NCBI GenBank assembly: GCA_013265495.1 | Contig: MU058198.1 | Span: 5,905,779-5,969,778 of the forward strand | Origin: Vicugna vicugna | Lineage: Eukaryota | DNA: 64,000 bases | Reading direction: 5' to 3' | Shown: positions 1-13,859 of the stretch, one piece after another | How positions within the stretch are numbered: the first letter of the stretch is position 1 | Layout: each line of letters begins with the position of its first letter | Translations under genes and position numbers: made by a program | The notes under the pieces: generated by a model | Databases searched by the model: none | The model's input: the letters and a program-made list of their open reading frames with translations, nothing else | What the model was told of the DNA's origin: nothing

Positions 1-18
1 GACTAATACAGAGAAATG

Positions 19-379
19 TGTCTTAGTCTGTTCGGGCTACCATAAAAAAATTACCATAGACTTGGAGGCTTAAACAACAGAAATTTATTTTCTCAGTGTT
101 CTGGAGGCTGGAAGTCAGCACAGTTGGGTTCTGGTAAGGGTTCTCTTCCTGGCCTGCAGACAGCCGCCTTCTCACTGCACCTTCACAAGGTGGAGGGAGA
201 GAGAACTCTGGTGCCTCTTCCTCTTCTTATGACACCACAGTCTTACTGGATTAGGGCTCCACCCTTCTGACCTCATTTAAGTATAATTACCTCCTAAAGG
301 GCAGGTAGAATCACACTGGGGATTCGGGCTTCAGCGTATGAACTGGGGGAGGGGGGTGGAAGCAATTCAGTCTACAGCA
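19..379 (-). mobile_element. MaLR solo LTR (MLT1A-like)
   Basis: TGTCTTAGT...GGCTTAAACAACAGAAATTTATT...TTCTGGAGGCTGGAAGTC is typical of a reversed MLT1/MST LTR. Confidence 0.8.
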
Positions 380-1029
380 GTAATATTGGTATATGTGGTG
401 ACTGTAGTCTTCACACAGATAACCCGGTACTTGTACCCTCTTCTTTTTGATAACCACAGAGGTGGGTTGCCGGTTACCCAATCAAAGCCTCCTTCCCTCT
501 GGCCACAGTGACTGGTCCAGGGATTTCCAAGTTACTCAGGCTGAGCCATCCTTGACCCCAGACTGGCACACAGATTGGCTTGTGATTCAGACCAAGCCAA
601 TGCAGATAATTCCCTGGAATTTTTCGGCTGGAGTCCATGGGAACAGTTCCTTTCCACTCTGACTGCAGAGCTGGTGAGTTGGGAGTTCAGGGTTTCCAGG
701 AGTCCAGGGTTTCTCCAGGCTGCAGAAGGAGAGAATCCCTTTCTGAGCTTTGCCCACCTGCTGCAGTGCATGCCCAACTTTGCTGAGCTTGCTTGGTTAG
801 GTTTTCTACAACTACAACTGAAGTAGCACTGTTACTGATGGGCCCTGAGTAGTAAAATGTGTTTAGTTTCTTTTCTAGGGTATGACAGAGATTGTTAGCT
901 TCCAGTGTCAGGTTTCGCCTTTTCCCTCCATAACAAGCCCCTGATGGGCGTTGATCCATCAGTCAGGATTCTGTCTGCATCTGTGTCTACCTCTGTGTCT
1001 CCATCCACATCTGTATCCAAATCTGTATC

Positions 1030-1323
1030 TGTGAGTATTAGTTCAAATACAGGATCAGCTGCGTATCCCCAAAACTCAAGTTGACAGTGGCTTAAATAAG
1101 AGAGGTTTCTCTCACATGTCGCAGTGGGGAGGGAGGTGTCCGGGGCTGAGTGGTGATCCATGAGGTCACCCAGGCACCCAGGCTCCTTCTCTTTTGCTGC
1201 TCAGCCACCCTTAGAATATTACCTTGGTCTGTATCATCCGAGAAAGCCACCACCATGTCCACTTTCCAGGGAGCAAGAGAAAGGAAGGGGCAAGAATGCA
1301 AGGTTACACTCCCTCCCCTTATT

Positions 1324-1354
<31 letters not shown>

Positions 1355-1446
1355 TTCATTCATTCATTTATTTATTTATTTATTTTTATTTATTTATTTA
1401 TTTATTTATTTATTATTCATTCATTCATTTATTTATTTATTTAATT

Positions 1447-1493
<47 letters not shown>

Positions 1494-1830
1494 TTTTTTA
1501 GTGGTGTTAAACAACCATTTTGTCATGATCATTGATTCTGTGGGTCAGGTGTTTGGATGGGACACAGCAGGGACGGTTTGTCTCTGCTCCGTGGTGTCTG
1601 GGACCTCAGCCAGGGAGATTTGAAGGCTAGGGGGTGAGTTAAGGGCTCGAATCATCTGATGGCTTGTTTTACCTGCAGGTCTGGCACCTGGGTCAGGGTG
1701 ACTCAGACAGGACAGCCGACCAGAAAACCTACACATGACTTCTCTGTGCAGCTTGGCGTCCCCACAGCATGGCCATCTCAGAGTTCATAGATTTCTCACA
1801 TGGCAGCTCAAGACTCCCAGGGGAAATGTT
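1030..1830 (-). mobile_element. Old MaLR (MLT1-type) LTR fragments flanking the microsatellite
   Basis: AGTGGCTTAAATAAG and TTCTGTGGGTCAGG...TCACATGGCAGCTC motifs. Confidence 0.55.
1321..1500. repeat. (TTTA)n/(TTCA)n compound microsatellite, ~180 bp
   Basis: Directly visible. Confidence 0.97.
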
Positions 1831-2689
1831 CCAATCTTCTTTTATTTTTAAAAACGTAAAAGAAAATTTAAACTATAAGGCACCTCCTTATAAAGGGATG
1901 ACTCTGAAATTTCACATGGTACTTATACTCACAAAACCTGATTTTTCTTACTTATTCTATCACCCCTTTTGATCTTAAATAGTAAGGGATATCTATTTCT
2001 ATATCATCTACATTGATATACAAATTAATCACGCTGCTTTAATATCTGCAGAGTATTCCGTGTTATCAATATTTTGTAAATGATTAATGTAACCCTCTCT
2101 TCCTGGTTCATTTCAACTTTGTCAGTTTTTTATACGTACCTGGCATAACTTGCTCCACCAGTCTGGGTATCCAGATGAGCCCCTTTCTGTTTTTGTTATT
2201 CATTCGAGCCCCTTGTGTGGTTAGCGTTTGCATTCGGGTGGTGTAACAGTGCAGCCACAATGGCTGAAACACTTAATGGTCCTGCGTCATGTGAAGCCTG
2301 GAGGCAAGTCACTACTGACGTTGGTTCATGGCCTGTGATATCAATGCTGAGTTCTCTGTGGTTGTCTTGGTCTTTCCCTTTGGTTCCAAATGGTTGCTAG
2401 AGCTCTAGCCGTCATATCTACACTTTAGTAAGACAGGCGAAAGGAAGAACGGGAAGACTAGAAGGGCCAAAGGGCGATCTCAGAAGCTCTGTCTGAACAC
2501 TCCCATCGTTAGCTGCAAGGGATGCTGGGAAGTGGTCTGTTAGCCGGGCATGTTGCTGTCCAGAATTACACTGTGGTTCTGACATGAGGAAGAAGGGCAG
2601 GATGGAAGCTGGGAGATAATTAGTGGTTGCTGCCATTTGCCCCGTAGCAGATGTTGGAGCCTCACCCTCACTGTCTCAGCATTACACAC

Positions 2690-3058
2690 TGAGGCATTCT
2701 TATTGCAAATACTTGCAACCGGCATTCTGAGGGCTTATTTTTGGCTGCAGGTACACACAGTTGGCCAGCTAGAATTGCCCTTGGAAGCAGCCCTCTACTA
2801 ACCATCAGTGGAGTCTTAGTGAAGTAATACCCCAGCTTCCTTGTTCCTCATCTGGGACAGTTTGGAGTAATTAAACTGGATTAAGTTCCAGTTGCCACAG
2901 CAGTAACCTGCTCCTTAAAACTCTCTGTTGGCTTCGTTCCCTCCCCTGTCTCACTTCTCACTCCCCTACAGGTGTTTCCTGGGACCACCTCCCAAATCCA
3001 CCACTCGCACTTGAATCCTTGTCTTAGAAATTGTTTCTGGGGGAACCCAACCAAGACA
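2690..3058 (+). mobile_element. ERVL LTR (LTR16-like)
   Basis: 3' end CTTGAATCCTTGTCT...TGGGGGAACCCAACCAAGACA. Confidence 0.6.
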
Positions 3059-3539
3059 CTGATCCTGCCTCAAACAGCAGTCAATGTGATCGATGGCTCG
3101 GGGGATCTGGTAAGCCCATCAGGGAGACTAATTTAGGGGAGAGATTTACAAAATTCTAAGACATTATTACCTGCTTGAATGAGAGTCCTATTGGTCCAGA
3201 ACCTGAAACATCTAAAGGTGAGTCTTTAAAACAGGATGATCATATCCCTTCTGAGTTACTCATAATTGAAGGTACTATTTATTAGTTTTTCCTTTATATT
3301 AAGCCATTGTTCTTGAAATAAACCCGTATTATCAGGGTAACTGAATAAAAAGAGAGTTCTCGTTCTCAGCTACATGTGTGTACAACCCAGCCCTCCTGCT
3401 ATAAATCGTCTATGGGGAATTCTCAGTGAAACTCCTCCTGCCCTTCCGTGGCTCAGGCCCTAAGCAGACCATTTGGTCCACCAGAGGAGCCCCACAGTGT
3501 TGGGCCTCAAAAGGAAAACGGATGAGGAAGGATGTGTCT

Positions 3540-4205
3540 GAGAGAAATTTTAAAAGATCTAAATGAATGGAGAGCTAGTTCATGTACGTAGGTCAGAAGA
3601 CACAGTATATCTAAGAGGGCACATCTCCCCAAATTGTTGAATATAGATTCAACAATCCTTGTCAAAATCCAAGTAGATATTTTTACAGAAATTAACAAGC
3701 TAATCCTACTTGTATATAGAAATTTAAAAGACTCAGAATAACCAAAACAATTCTGAAAAAGCAGAATAAATTTGGATGACTTTTCACTTCCCAATTTCCA
3801 AACTTACTACAAAGCTGCTATAATCAAGACAGTGTGGTCCTGGCATATAGATATAAAGTGATGAAAGAGAATAGAGTCCAGAACTAAGTCTGTACATTTA
3901 TAGTAAATTAGTTTTCAAAATAGGTGCTAAGGTAATCCCACAGGGAAAGGATAATCTTTTTAACATATTATGCTGGGACAATTGGATGTCCACATGCAAA
4001 AAGATAAATTTAGATCATATCTCACATTATACATAAAAATTAGCTCAAAATGAATCATAATTCTAAACATAAGTAAAACAATAAAACCTTTAGAAGAAGA
4101 CATGAAGAAAATTTTTGTTACCTTGGGGTAGGCACAGTGTTCTTAGATATGGCCTCAAAAGTGCAATCGACCAAAAAAAGGTAAATTTGATTTTAATAAA
4201 CTTTA
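3540..4205 (+). mobile_element. L1 ORF2 3' fragment, decayed
   Basis: AAAGATCTAAATGAATGGAGAG...TACTACAAAGCTGCTATAATCAAGACAGTGTGG. Confidence 0.85.
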
Positions 4206-4209
4206 AAAT

Positions 4210-7200
4210 TTAGAGAATTCCAAGGATCAGTGTTTCCATTGAAGCAAGCATTAAGCTCCTAAAAACTGTCAGAATCAACTTTTTTTGGAAGTCTGGAATC
4301 TATTCAAAATTTTAAAGCAACCAGCGGAATGCATAATGAAGAAAGAGACTCCTCATCTTTGGTACAAATATGTTGTGGCATTTTTGCTTGTCTGCTTACC
4401 ATTTCCTATTCTCCAGCTCAGTGGTGGCTGTTTGAACAGTAGTCTGCATTTTTGGTGTGATTTGCTGGGACAAGAATGTGCAATACAGACCTTATTCTCA
4501 AAGAATTGTGGTTGTATCTTTTGATCTGTCTGGTAGCTTCCTGAGGAATTGGCTCAGGCATTTGCCTTTGTTTTACCCGCCTTGAAATTCTTTCAGGGCT
4601 GGAGCTGCTTCTTAGGCAGTGTCTGTTGAAATAATCTAAAGACTGTGCTACCCAGTGGGGCAAGGGATGATGGACAGAACAAGCAGTAGGCCGACCAAAA
4701 AGCCTGTGAAGGAGGAGGATAAGGAGGAATGTACAAGGGCTTTGAAAGGCTTCCACATTTAGCAGGGGATCTAGAGTACAATGCATATGCCCAGGGCTGA
4801 ATGCATGTACAGAAAAGGCCTGAGAGGACCCCAGGCTTGCACCTCTGGCTGATCTCTGGGCTCTTTACAAGCACATGAAGAGTGAAGGTGAAAGCTAAGA
4901 CAGAGTTGTATTTCAGCCTGGCTAAGCATTGAAGACATGCCCCAGCTCAGAGCCAGTCTGTAAAGACTAAGAAAATATGTTTTGTTCTGTTTTGCTTTTT
5001 TCATTTTGGCACCAAGTGTTAAAGAAAATCTCTAACAGATCCCCAGCTGACTGCTGAGGTCATGGAATAGAGACTTGAGAGAACATGCACAACAAGGAAT
5101 ACAGTATTTGCACAAATAGATTGGAAAAGTCACTAAACAAATGGATGGCTGCAGCCACAACAGACAACGAAAGCAATCCCTGTTGGGGCAGAGGGGCAGG
5201 GGAGAATCTGATTTCCAGAGTTACCACATTATAACATCCAAAATGCCCAATTTTCAGCAACAACTTAAAAGGCACAAAAGAGAGAGAAAATCATGGCTCA
5301 TCCACAAGGAACAAAAAAGAAATTGATAGAAACTGTCCCTGAGGAAGTCCAGACATTGGACTTAAAGATTTTAAGTCAGTTGTCTTAAACATGCTCAAAA
5401 TGCTAAAGGAAACCATGGATGAGGAACTAAGGAAAACCACAATGATGTATGAATAAATAGGGAATATCAATAAAGATACAAAAATTATAAAAAGGAACCA
5501 AGTAGAAATTCTGGAGCTGAAAAGTAAATACTGGAATGAGAAATTTACCAAAAGAGTTCACTGTCAGACTTGAAGCAGGTTGAACAAAGAATCAGTGACT
5601 GAAGATGGGCAAATTGAAATTAGCCAGTTTGAGGTGCATAGAGAGAAAAAGAGTGAAGACAAATCAACAGAACCGAATGGACTTGTGGGACAGCATTAAG
5701 TATATCAACATACGTATTATAAGAGTCCCAGAAGAAGAGGAGAGAAAGGACCATAAAGAATATTTGAAGAAACAATGATGAGAAACTTCCCAAATTTGAT
5801 GAAATACATGAATCTACACATCTCAATAACTCAGCAAACTTCAACTAGGTTCAACACAGAAAAATATACATCAAGACATGTTATAATTAAACTGTTGCAA
5901 GACAAAGAGAGAATCTTGAAATCAGAAGAGAGAAGTGATGTGTCACCTACAAGGAATCCTCAATAAGATTAACAGCTGATTTCTTATCAGAAGCCGTAGA
6001 AGTCAGAAGGCAAAGGATGACATAATTAAAGTACTGAAAAAAAAAACTGCCAATCTATCTTCTATATCTGGCAAAACTTAATGAAGGAGAATTTAAGACA
6101 TTCCAAGATCAGAACCTGCCCTATGAGAAATACTAAAGGGAGTGTTTCAGGCTGAAATGAAAGGGCACAGACAGTAACTCAAAGTCATATGAATAAATAA
6201 AGAACACCAGTAAAGGTAAATACAAAAGTAAATGTAAAGGCCAATATTATTGTATTTTGGTTTGTAACGTCTCTTTTTGTTTCCCACAAGATATAAAGAT
6301 AAATGCATATATAATAATTACATATCAGTGTTAGTGGACACATAATATATAAAGATGTAATTTCTAACAAAAGCAATGTAAAAAGGTGAAAGACAGAGCT
6401 GCATACATCAGAGTTTTCATATACTTTTGAAGTTAAATTGGTATCAATTCAGATTAGATTATTATACATTTAGCATTTTAATTATAATTCACAAGGTAAC
6501 CACTAAGAAAATAGCTTAAAAATATATGGGAAAGGAATGAGGAGGCAATCAAAATGGCACACTAGAAAAAAATCAAACACAAAAGAAGAGAATAATGGAG
6601 GAACTGAATAATAAAAAAAGGCACTATATATGTAAAACAGATAGCAAAATGGCAAAATCCTTCCTTATCAGTAAACACTTTAAATATAAATGGATTAAAC
6701 TCCTTGGTTAAAACAAAGAGATTGTCAGGATGAATGAAAAACATGATTCAACCATACACTGTCTACAAGAGACTCACTTTATATCCAAAGACACAAATAG
6801 GTTGAAAGTGAAAGGATGGAAAAAGATATTCCATGCAAATAGTAAGCAGAAGAGAGCTGGAGTGGATATAATAATATCAGTAAGATAAGTTTTAAGTCAA
6901 AATTGTTAGAGACAAAGAAAAATATTATATGTTGACAAAAGTGTCAATTCGTTAAGATGATAAATAATTATAAAAATATATGCACTAAACAGCAGAGCCC
7001 CCAAATAAATAAGCAAACATTGAAAGAACTGAATGCAGAAATAGACAGTTTTACAATCATAGTTGGAGATTTCAGTACTCCACTTTCAATACTGAATAGG
7101 ACAGCTAGTTAGAAGGCTAATAATGAAGTGGAAGATTTGAACAATACTATAAACCAATCGGACATCTAGACATATACAGAACATGACATCTAACAACAGC

Positions 7201-10200
7201 AGTGACCTCCAAGTGTACATGGAACATTTTCTATGATAGACCAGATTTTAAGGCACAGAACAAGTCTCAATAAATTTTGAAAGACTGATGTTATACTAAA
7301 CATCTTCTCTGATCACAGTAGAATGAAGCTTAATATCAAGAACAGAAGGAAAACTGGGAAATTCACAAATACATGGAAATTGAATAATGCACTATTAAAC
7401 AACTGATGAGTCAAAGAAGTAACAAGGAAAATTAGAAAATACTGAGGAACAAGTGAAAATGAAAACACAACATACCAAAACATATGGGGTACAGTGAAAG
7501 CAGAGCGAAACATCAAATGTGGAACTACAGAGGCCTTTATTAAAAAATAAGAAAGACTGCAAATCAGTAACCTAACCATACACCTTAAGGAATTAGAAAA
7601 AGAAGAGCAAATTAAACCCCAAGCTAGCAGAGGAAGGAAATTAATAAAGATTAGAGTGGAAACAAATGAAATAAAGAATAGGAAAACAATGGAGAAGATC
7701 AACAAAACCGCGAGTTGTTTTTCTTTGAAAAGATCAACAAAATTGATAAACCCTTAGCTGGCCTAAGCAAAAGAGGAAAATGCAACTAACTAAAATTAGA
7801 AATGGAAATGAGCTCATTACTACCAGCCTTACAGAATAAAACGGATTATAAGGTAGTAAACTATTGTATATCAAAAATTAGATAACCTAGATGAAATGGA
7901 AAAATTCCTAAAAAGACATAAATTACCAAAACTGACTTTAAAAGAAATAGAAAATCTAAGCAGGTATATAAGGAAAAAGTTGGATCAGTAATCAAAAACC
8001 TTCTAATAAAGAAAAGTCTAGAGTCAGGTGACTTCATTGATAAAATTTACCAAACATTTAAAGAAAAGTTAACATCAGTCCTTCTCAAGCTCTTCCACAA
8101 AATAGAAGAGGAGGGAACACTTCCTAAGTCATTCTGTGATACCAAAGCCAGATAAAGACAGCAGAAGAAAACTATGTACCGATATCCTTTATGAATATAG
8201 ATGCAAAATCCTCAACAAAATAACAGCAAGCTGAATCTTATTACATATAAGAGGATTATACACCATGACCAAGTAGGGTTTTTCCCCGGAATGCAAGGGT
8301 GGTTTACCCTGAGAAAAGTAATCAGTGTAGTACTCCATATTAAGAAAATGAAGAAAAAACCCACATGAGCATCTCAACTGATGCAAAAAACCATTTGACA
8401 AAATTCAACACCCTTTCATAATAAAAAACACTTAGCAAACTAGGATTAGAATGGAAATCCCTCAGCATCATAAACACCGTATGTGAAAAACCCACAGCTA
8501 ACATCACTCTTGATGAATGACAGGCTGAGAGCTTTCCCCCTAAGATCAGAAACAAGGATGCTGGCTGTCACCACTGCTGTTAAACATTATATTGAAAGTT
8601 TTTGCTAGAGCAATTCATCAAGAAATAGAAAGAAAAGAAACAAGAAAAGAAGAAGTAAAATACCTCTATTTGTAGATGACATAATACATCTAGAAAGTTC
8701 TTAAGAATCCACAAAGAAATTGTTAGAGCTAATAAATAAATTAGGTAAAATGGCAGAATACAAGATTAGCCTACAAAAAGTAGTTGTGTTTCTATACATT
8801 AGTAATGAGCAATCCAAAAAGGAAAGTAAGAAAACAATTCCATATACAATAGCATCAAAAATAAGAATAAATTCAAGAAGATGAAAGACTTATATGTGTA
8901 AAACTCTAAAACATTGCTGAAAGAAGTGAAAGATCTAAGTAAATGAAAAAGCATCCCATGTTCATGTAACGGAAGAATTTACATGGTTAAGATGGCAGTA
9001 TTCCTCAAAAGGACCTATAGATTCAATGCAATCCCTTTTGTTCTTTCAGAAATGGAAAAGTTGATTCTAAAATTCATACGAAATTGCATGGGACCCAGAA
9101 TAGCCAAAACAATCTTTGAAAAGAACAACAAAATTGGAGGGCTCAAACTCCCAATTTCAGAACTGACTGTAAATCTACCAGTCAAAACAGTGTGAATCAG
9201 GTATAAGGATAGAAATAGAGATCAATGGAATTGAATTGAGAGTCCAGAAATAAATCCACGCATGTATGGACAATGATTTTTGACAAGGATGCCAAGACAA
9301 TTCACTGGGGAAAGAATAGCTTCTTCAGCAAGTGGGTGCTGGAACAACTGGATACCTACATACAGAAGAATGAAGTTGGACCCTTATCTCATGTCATATA
9401 CAAAAATTAATGTAATGGATTAGAGACCTAAATAGCAGAGCTAACACAATAAAATTCTTTTATTTATATAAGGGTATATAAGGGTAAATCTTTTATTTAT
9501 ATAAGAGTAAATCTTCATGTCCTTAGATTTGGCAATGGGTTCTTAGACATGACACCAAAAGCATGGGCAACAAAAGAAAAAAAGAGAGAAACTGTAGTTC
9601 ACAAAAATTAATAACTTTTGTGCATCAAAGGACACTATCAAGAAAGTGAAAAGATGACCACAGAAGGAGAGAAAATATTTGTAAATCATATATCTGATAA
9701 GAGTCTTTTATCCAGAATATATAAAGAGCATTTGAAACTCAACAACAAAATGACAGGCAACCTGTATGAGTCTGTTTGGGCTGCTACAACAAAATACATT
9801 AGACTATGTAGCTTATAAACAACATAATTTACTTCTCACAGTTCTGGAGACAAGGAAGTGCAACATCGAGGTGCCAGCAGATTCAGCAGAGCCCGCTTCC
9901 TTGTTCATAGGCTGTCATGTCTTTACAGTGCAGAAGGAGCAACTTATCTCCCTGGGGTCTTGTTTATAAGGGCACTGTTCCCATTCATGAGGGCTCTGAC
10001 CTCATGACCTCATCATCTTCCAGAGGCCCCACCTTCTAAAACTGTTACATCTGGGGGTTAGGGTTTACACTTACGATTTTGGGATGGGGGACAGACAGTC
10101 TATAGCACAACCCAATTTAAAAACAGGCAAAGGACTTGAGTAGACAGATCTCCAAAGAAGATGTATAAATGACTACCAAGCACATGAAAAGATATCCCTC

Positions 10201-10940
10201 ATCATTAACCATTAGGGAAATCCAAAGCAAAACCACAGTGAGATACTACTTTACATCCACTAAGATGACTATAGTTAAAAAAAAAAAAGGAAAATAATAA
10301 GTGTTGGCAAGGATGTGGAGAAATGGGAATTCTCATACATTGCTGGTGGTAATGTAAAATGGTGCAGCTGCCATGAAGAACGGTTTGTCAGCTCTTCAGT
10401 AAGTTAGACATAGAATTACCATATGACCCAGTAATCCACTCCAGAAATGTATGTCTGCACAAAGATTTGCATGGAAATGTTCATAGCGGTATTATTCATA
10501 ACAAAGTGAACACAATCTAACATTCATCAGTTGATGAATGAAGCAAAGGTCCCATATCCATGCCATGGAATGTTATTCAGTGATACAAATGAATGAAGTA
10601 CCTGCTACAACATGGACTACACACACACATTATTATTGCTGAGTAAAAGAAACCAGACGCAAAAGACCAAATGTATGATTCAATTTATATGGAATGCCCA
10701 GAAAAGAAAAAGGAGAATCAGTAGAGACAGAAAGGAGATTACGGGGGCTGGGGGTGGGAGTGAGATTGGCTGCAAACAGGAGCAAGGGACCTTTTTGGAG
10801 ATGTTCAAAAATTAGATGGTGGTGATGCTTGCAAGATTCAGGAAACTTACTAAAAATCATTGAATTGTACACTTCTAGTGGCTGAATTTTATGCTATGTA
10901 AATTATACTTCAATAAAACTCTTAAAATAAAAATAAAGAA
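4210..10940 (+). mobile_element. Near-full-length decayed L1 (L1M-type): 5' region, ORF1 remnant ~5300-6200, ORF2 EN/RT remnant ~6660-10600, A-rich 3' end
   Basis: ORF1-like (ENFPNLMK, RHVIIKLL), EN-like (CTACAAGAGACTCAC, GTTGGAGATTTCAGTACTCCACT) and RT-like (GGAATGCAAGGGTGGTT, TTTGTAGATGACATA) segments with many stops; CAATAAA tail at ~10911. Confidence 0.9.
9763..10107 (-). mobile_element. MaLR solo LTR (MLT1A-like) nested in the L1
   Basis: TG...CA termini with a perfect 5-bp TSD CAACC (9758-9762 and 10108-10112). Confidence 0.88.
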
Positions 10941-11690
10941 GAGGAAATGGGTTGAAGGAGGGGTTGTCTCAATTTTTTTTCCCCAGTAGGCCCCTTGGCT
11001 GAAATGCAAATTTAACCACTTCCTCCCCATTGACCAGCTTTAAATGCTAAGGGGTGTTGGGAGGGTGCTGAGGGATCCTATTACACCCTCTTATGAGACT
11101 TTGGGGGCCACACTCACAGACCCAGAGGGGCCCTTAAGGGACCCTTCCCTGAACACAGATCTGTTTCTGAGGGGACTCAACGTTCACCGCAAAGAACGTG
11201 GCAGCTGTTAAATTTCCACCTCGAAAAGCACCTACCTTTTAAACACAGGGAGTTAAGTGATGCCTGTTGCATCTCACCCACCCCCTAAATTATAGCTGGA
11301 GGACTCTTTTGAAAATGTAAATTGGATTAAGTCACCTCTCTGATGAAACCTCAGATGATTTCCAGTCTCCTTGGGACCAAATCTACCTTCCTTACCCCAC
11401 CCTGCAAGGTCCCATGTGACGTATAAGATGTGAGACTTCCATGACTTTACCCCCTAGTACTCCTTTGCTTGCTCACTTTAATCCCCCTGCTATTCTCAAG
11501 TTCCTGGAACAAGCCATCTTCCTTCCCATCTCAGTGCCTTTGCACCTGTGGTTCCTTCTGCCTAAAATGTTTCCCCTATGGCTGGGGTATTTCTTAACCA
11601 TCCAGGGTGCCCCTCTTTGTCACTACCTAGACCTCTCATTGGTTCTCTATGATAGTACAATTTGCATTTAATTTGTCTGTTACTTCTTTT

Positions 11691-11852
11691 TAAAAATACT
11701 TTGTTTATTTATTATTGCACTGTTATTTTATTTTGGCAGGGGTAGGGGAGGTAACTAGGTTTATTTATTTTTTGAGGAGGTACTGGGGACTGAACCCAGG
11801 ACATCATGCATGCTAAGCATGTGCTCTACCACTTGAGCTATACCCTCCCCCC
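11691..11852 (-). mobile_element. tRNA-derived SINE (camelid Vic-1-like), inside an L2 remnant
   Basis: On -: GGGGAGGGTATAGCTCAAGTGGTAGAGC (A box)...GGGTTCAGTCCC (B box), A-rich tail. Degenerate TSD GTCTGTTACTTC/GTCTGCGACTTC. Confidence 0.85.
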
Positions 11853-12159
11853 GTCTGCGACTTCCTTTTGTCTGTCTCTCCCCACTAGAATATAGGTTCC
11901 ACGAGGGCTGTCACCCGTGTGTATTTCTGGAGGGAATCCCCAGTATATCGCCAAGGGCATATTCAGTGTTGGTGGGTAGAAGGCAAGAAGGAGAGAATGG
12001 GTGGGTGGATGGAAGAATGGATGAGTAAGTAGGTGGGTAAGTGGGTGAGTGGAGAGAAGAACGGGAGGGAGGAAGGCAGGCAGATGGGAGGGAGGGCCAG
12101 AGGCAAGACTGAATATCTTTGGGTTGACATACATCCAAAAGCAGTGTAGTCAGTGACGG

Positions 12160-12390
12160 ACAACGTAAGCTCAGGAGCCCGAATGACTGAGTTCAAATCT
12201 CAACTCTGCCACTCTCCAGCTCTGTGACCTTGGACAAGTCACTTAACCTCTCTGAGCCTCAGTTTCCTTATCTGTAAAATAAGGATGATGACAATGGTAG
12301 TAACAATAATTACCTTGAGTTATTCTGGGGTTTAAGTGAGATGATGCATCTTTAAAGTCCTTAAAACCCTGGCACAGAGTCAGCTACCAG
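12160..12390 (+). mobile_element. MIR SINE
   Basis: GTTCAAATC...TGTGACCTTGGACAAGTCACTTAACCTCTCTGAGCCTCAGTTTCCTTATCTGTAAAAT core. Similar MIR cores occur at ~12.9, 15.2, 15.8, 16.1, 16.9, 17.8, 28.8, 29.6, 36.2, 42.1, 44.4, 49.5 and 50.9 kb. Confidence 0.9.
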
Positions 12391-13254
12391 CAAATTTTAA
12401 CTCTTTTCTTTCACTTGTCCTTCTCTTGATCTTTCATCCATGGTATCAGAAAACTCACCCTGAAGAGCAAGAGCAAGAGAAAGAAAAGCTGGCTTCTTCC
12501 CAAGATTTGTGATCCAGAGAACACACGCTTTGGTCGTGAGGAAGAGAATCTCTTTAGGGCAAACATCCTTCAAATCGGCCACAGGGGAATTTGTACCAAG
12601 TTCCTCAAAAACAGAAGAAAAAAAAAATAGAAGAAATAAATAACAAGACGCTTTCTCTTTTTCTCTGGAAGGGTCATGTGGCTTAGCTGCAAATTGTTTC
12701 CCCAAAATGAGTCAGCTGAGGAGGGATGGCATGTGTGTTTGAGCCAACCTGTGTCATCAAAACACACAGCACAAAACAGCCCCCATTCATCCTGGTAATA
12801 TTTCAAGGATGAAATGTTTGGGCCCATTTCCACAGCCTGGGGTAGGCTTAGGTATCAGGTCTACCCCGGTTCAAATCCCAGCTATGCCATTTCTTTGCTA
12901 GTGTGACATGTCACCCTTCTGAGCCTTGGTTTCTCCCTTGTAAAATAGGAATAATCTCATTTGCCTCATGTGGTTTGGGAAGTACATGAGCACACCTAGG
13001 TGCTTAAAAAAAAGGCAAGGTAGTCAGCGTAATTGTGGCTGCACCAGCTCTCTTGCTCTTCTTTTGAGGCTGCTGGGTGTGAACTTGTCGAATTTTATCC
13101 CTAGGTTTTTTAAATGTCTGCCTCAGACATCCCATCCTTTCATGGGCGCTTGGCTGATCAACAAGATGAAAAAGCTCTTGAGAATTTCTTGTTTCTGTTT
13201 TTTTTCTGAGTTCCTGTGTGTTAATGGCAAGGTGTCCCCATTTTTTTTTCTGTG

Positions 13255-13535
13255 ATTTATTTTATTTTATTTTTTTACATACATACATATACATTTTTTT
13301 TTCCGGATTCTTTTCCATTACAGCTCATTACAAGAAATTGAATATAGTTCCCTGTGCTACACAGTAGGTCCTTGTTGTTTATCTATTTTATATATAGTAG
13401 TGTGTATCTGTTAATCCCAAGCTCCTAATCTATCCCTGCCTCCTACCTGTTCCCCTCTGGTAACCACAGTTTATTTTCTATATCTATGAGTCTATTTTTT
13501 GTTTGTAAATAAAATTTGTATATATATATTTTTAG
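13255..13535 (-). mobile_element. Artiodactyl-type L1 3' end fragment
   Basis: TTGAATATAGTTCCCTGTGCTACACAGTAGGTCCTTGTTGTTTATCTATTTTA; same family as 23150-23645. Confidence 0.75.
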
Positions 13536-13859
13536 ATTAAGCGTTCCCATTTGGCAGATGGGCAAAGCGAGGCATTTCAGAAGGGTGAAGTGACATGCCC
13601 GAGGGATTGTCTTCTCCAGGGTTTGAAGAGAGTCTCCTGCTCCCTGCAGCCTTGCAGCAGGAAGCTGGATTCAAAGGAAACAGGGGCAGAGAGTCTGGGA
13701 GGGGTCGCAAATTAAGACCCCGGCGGGCCCAGGCAAGGCAGTGTGCATGAGTGAAAAGGGCCAGCTTGCAAACTCTGGAAGAGGGGCTGTGGTGTGGTTG
13801 GGCCCCCGCCTCTCCACAAGACCTTGGGCAGGTCTCCGGGCTTTCATGCTTCTCTCCGA

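Noticed and set aside
1150..1623. Three overlapping hydrophobic ORFs (FIYLFIYL...) that look like membrane proteins
   Set aside because: They are translations of the (TTTA)n microsatellite.
5300..10600. L1 ORF1/ORF2 as an active retrotransposon or novel RT system
   Set aside because: Full of stops and frameshifts and interrupted by an LTR; an ordinary fossil.
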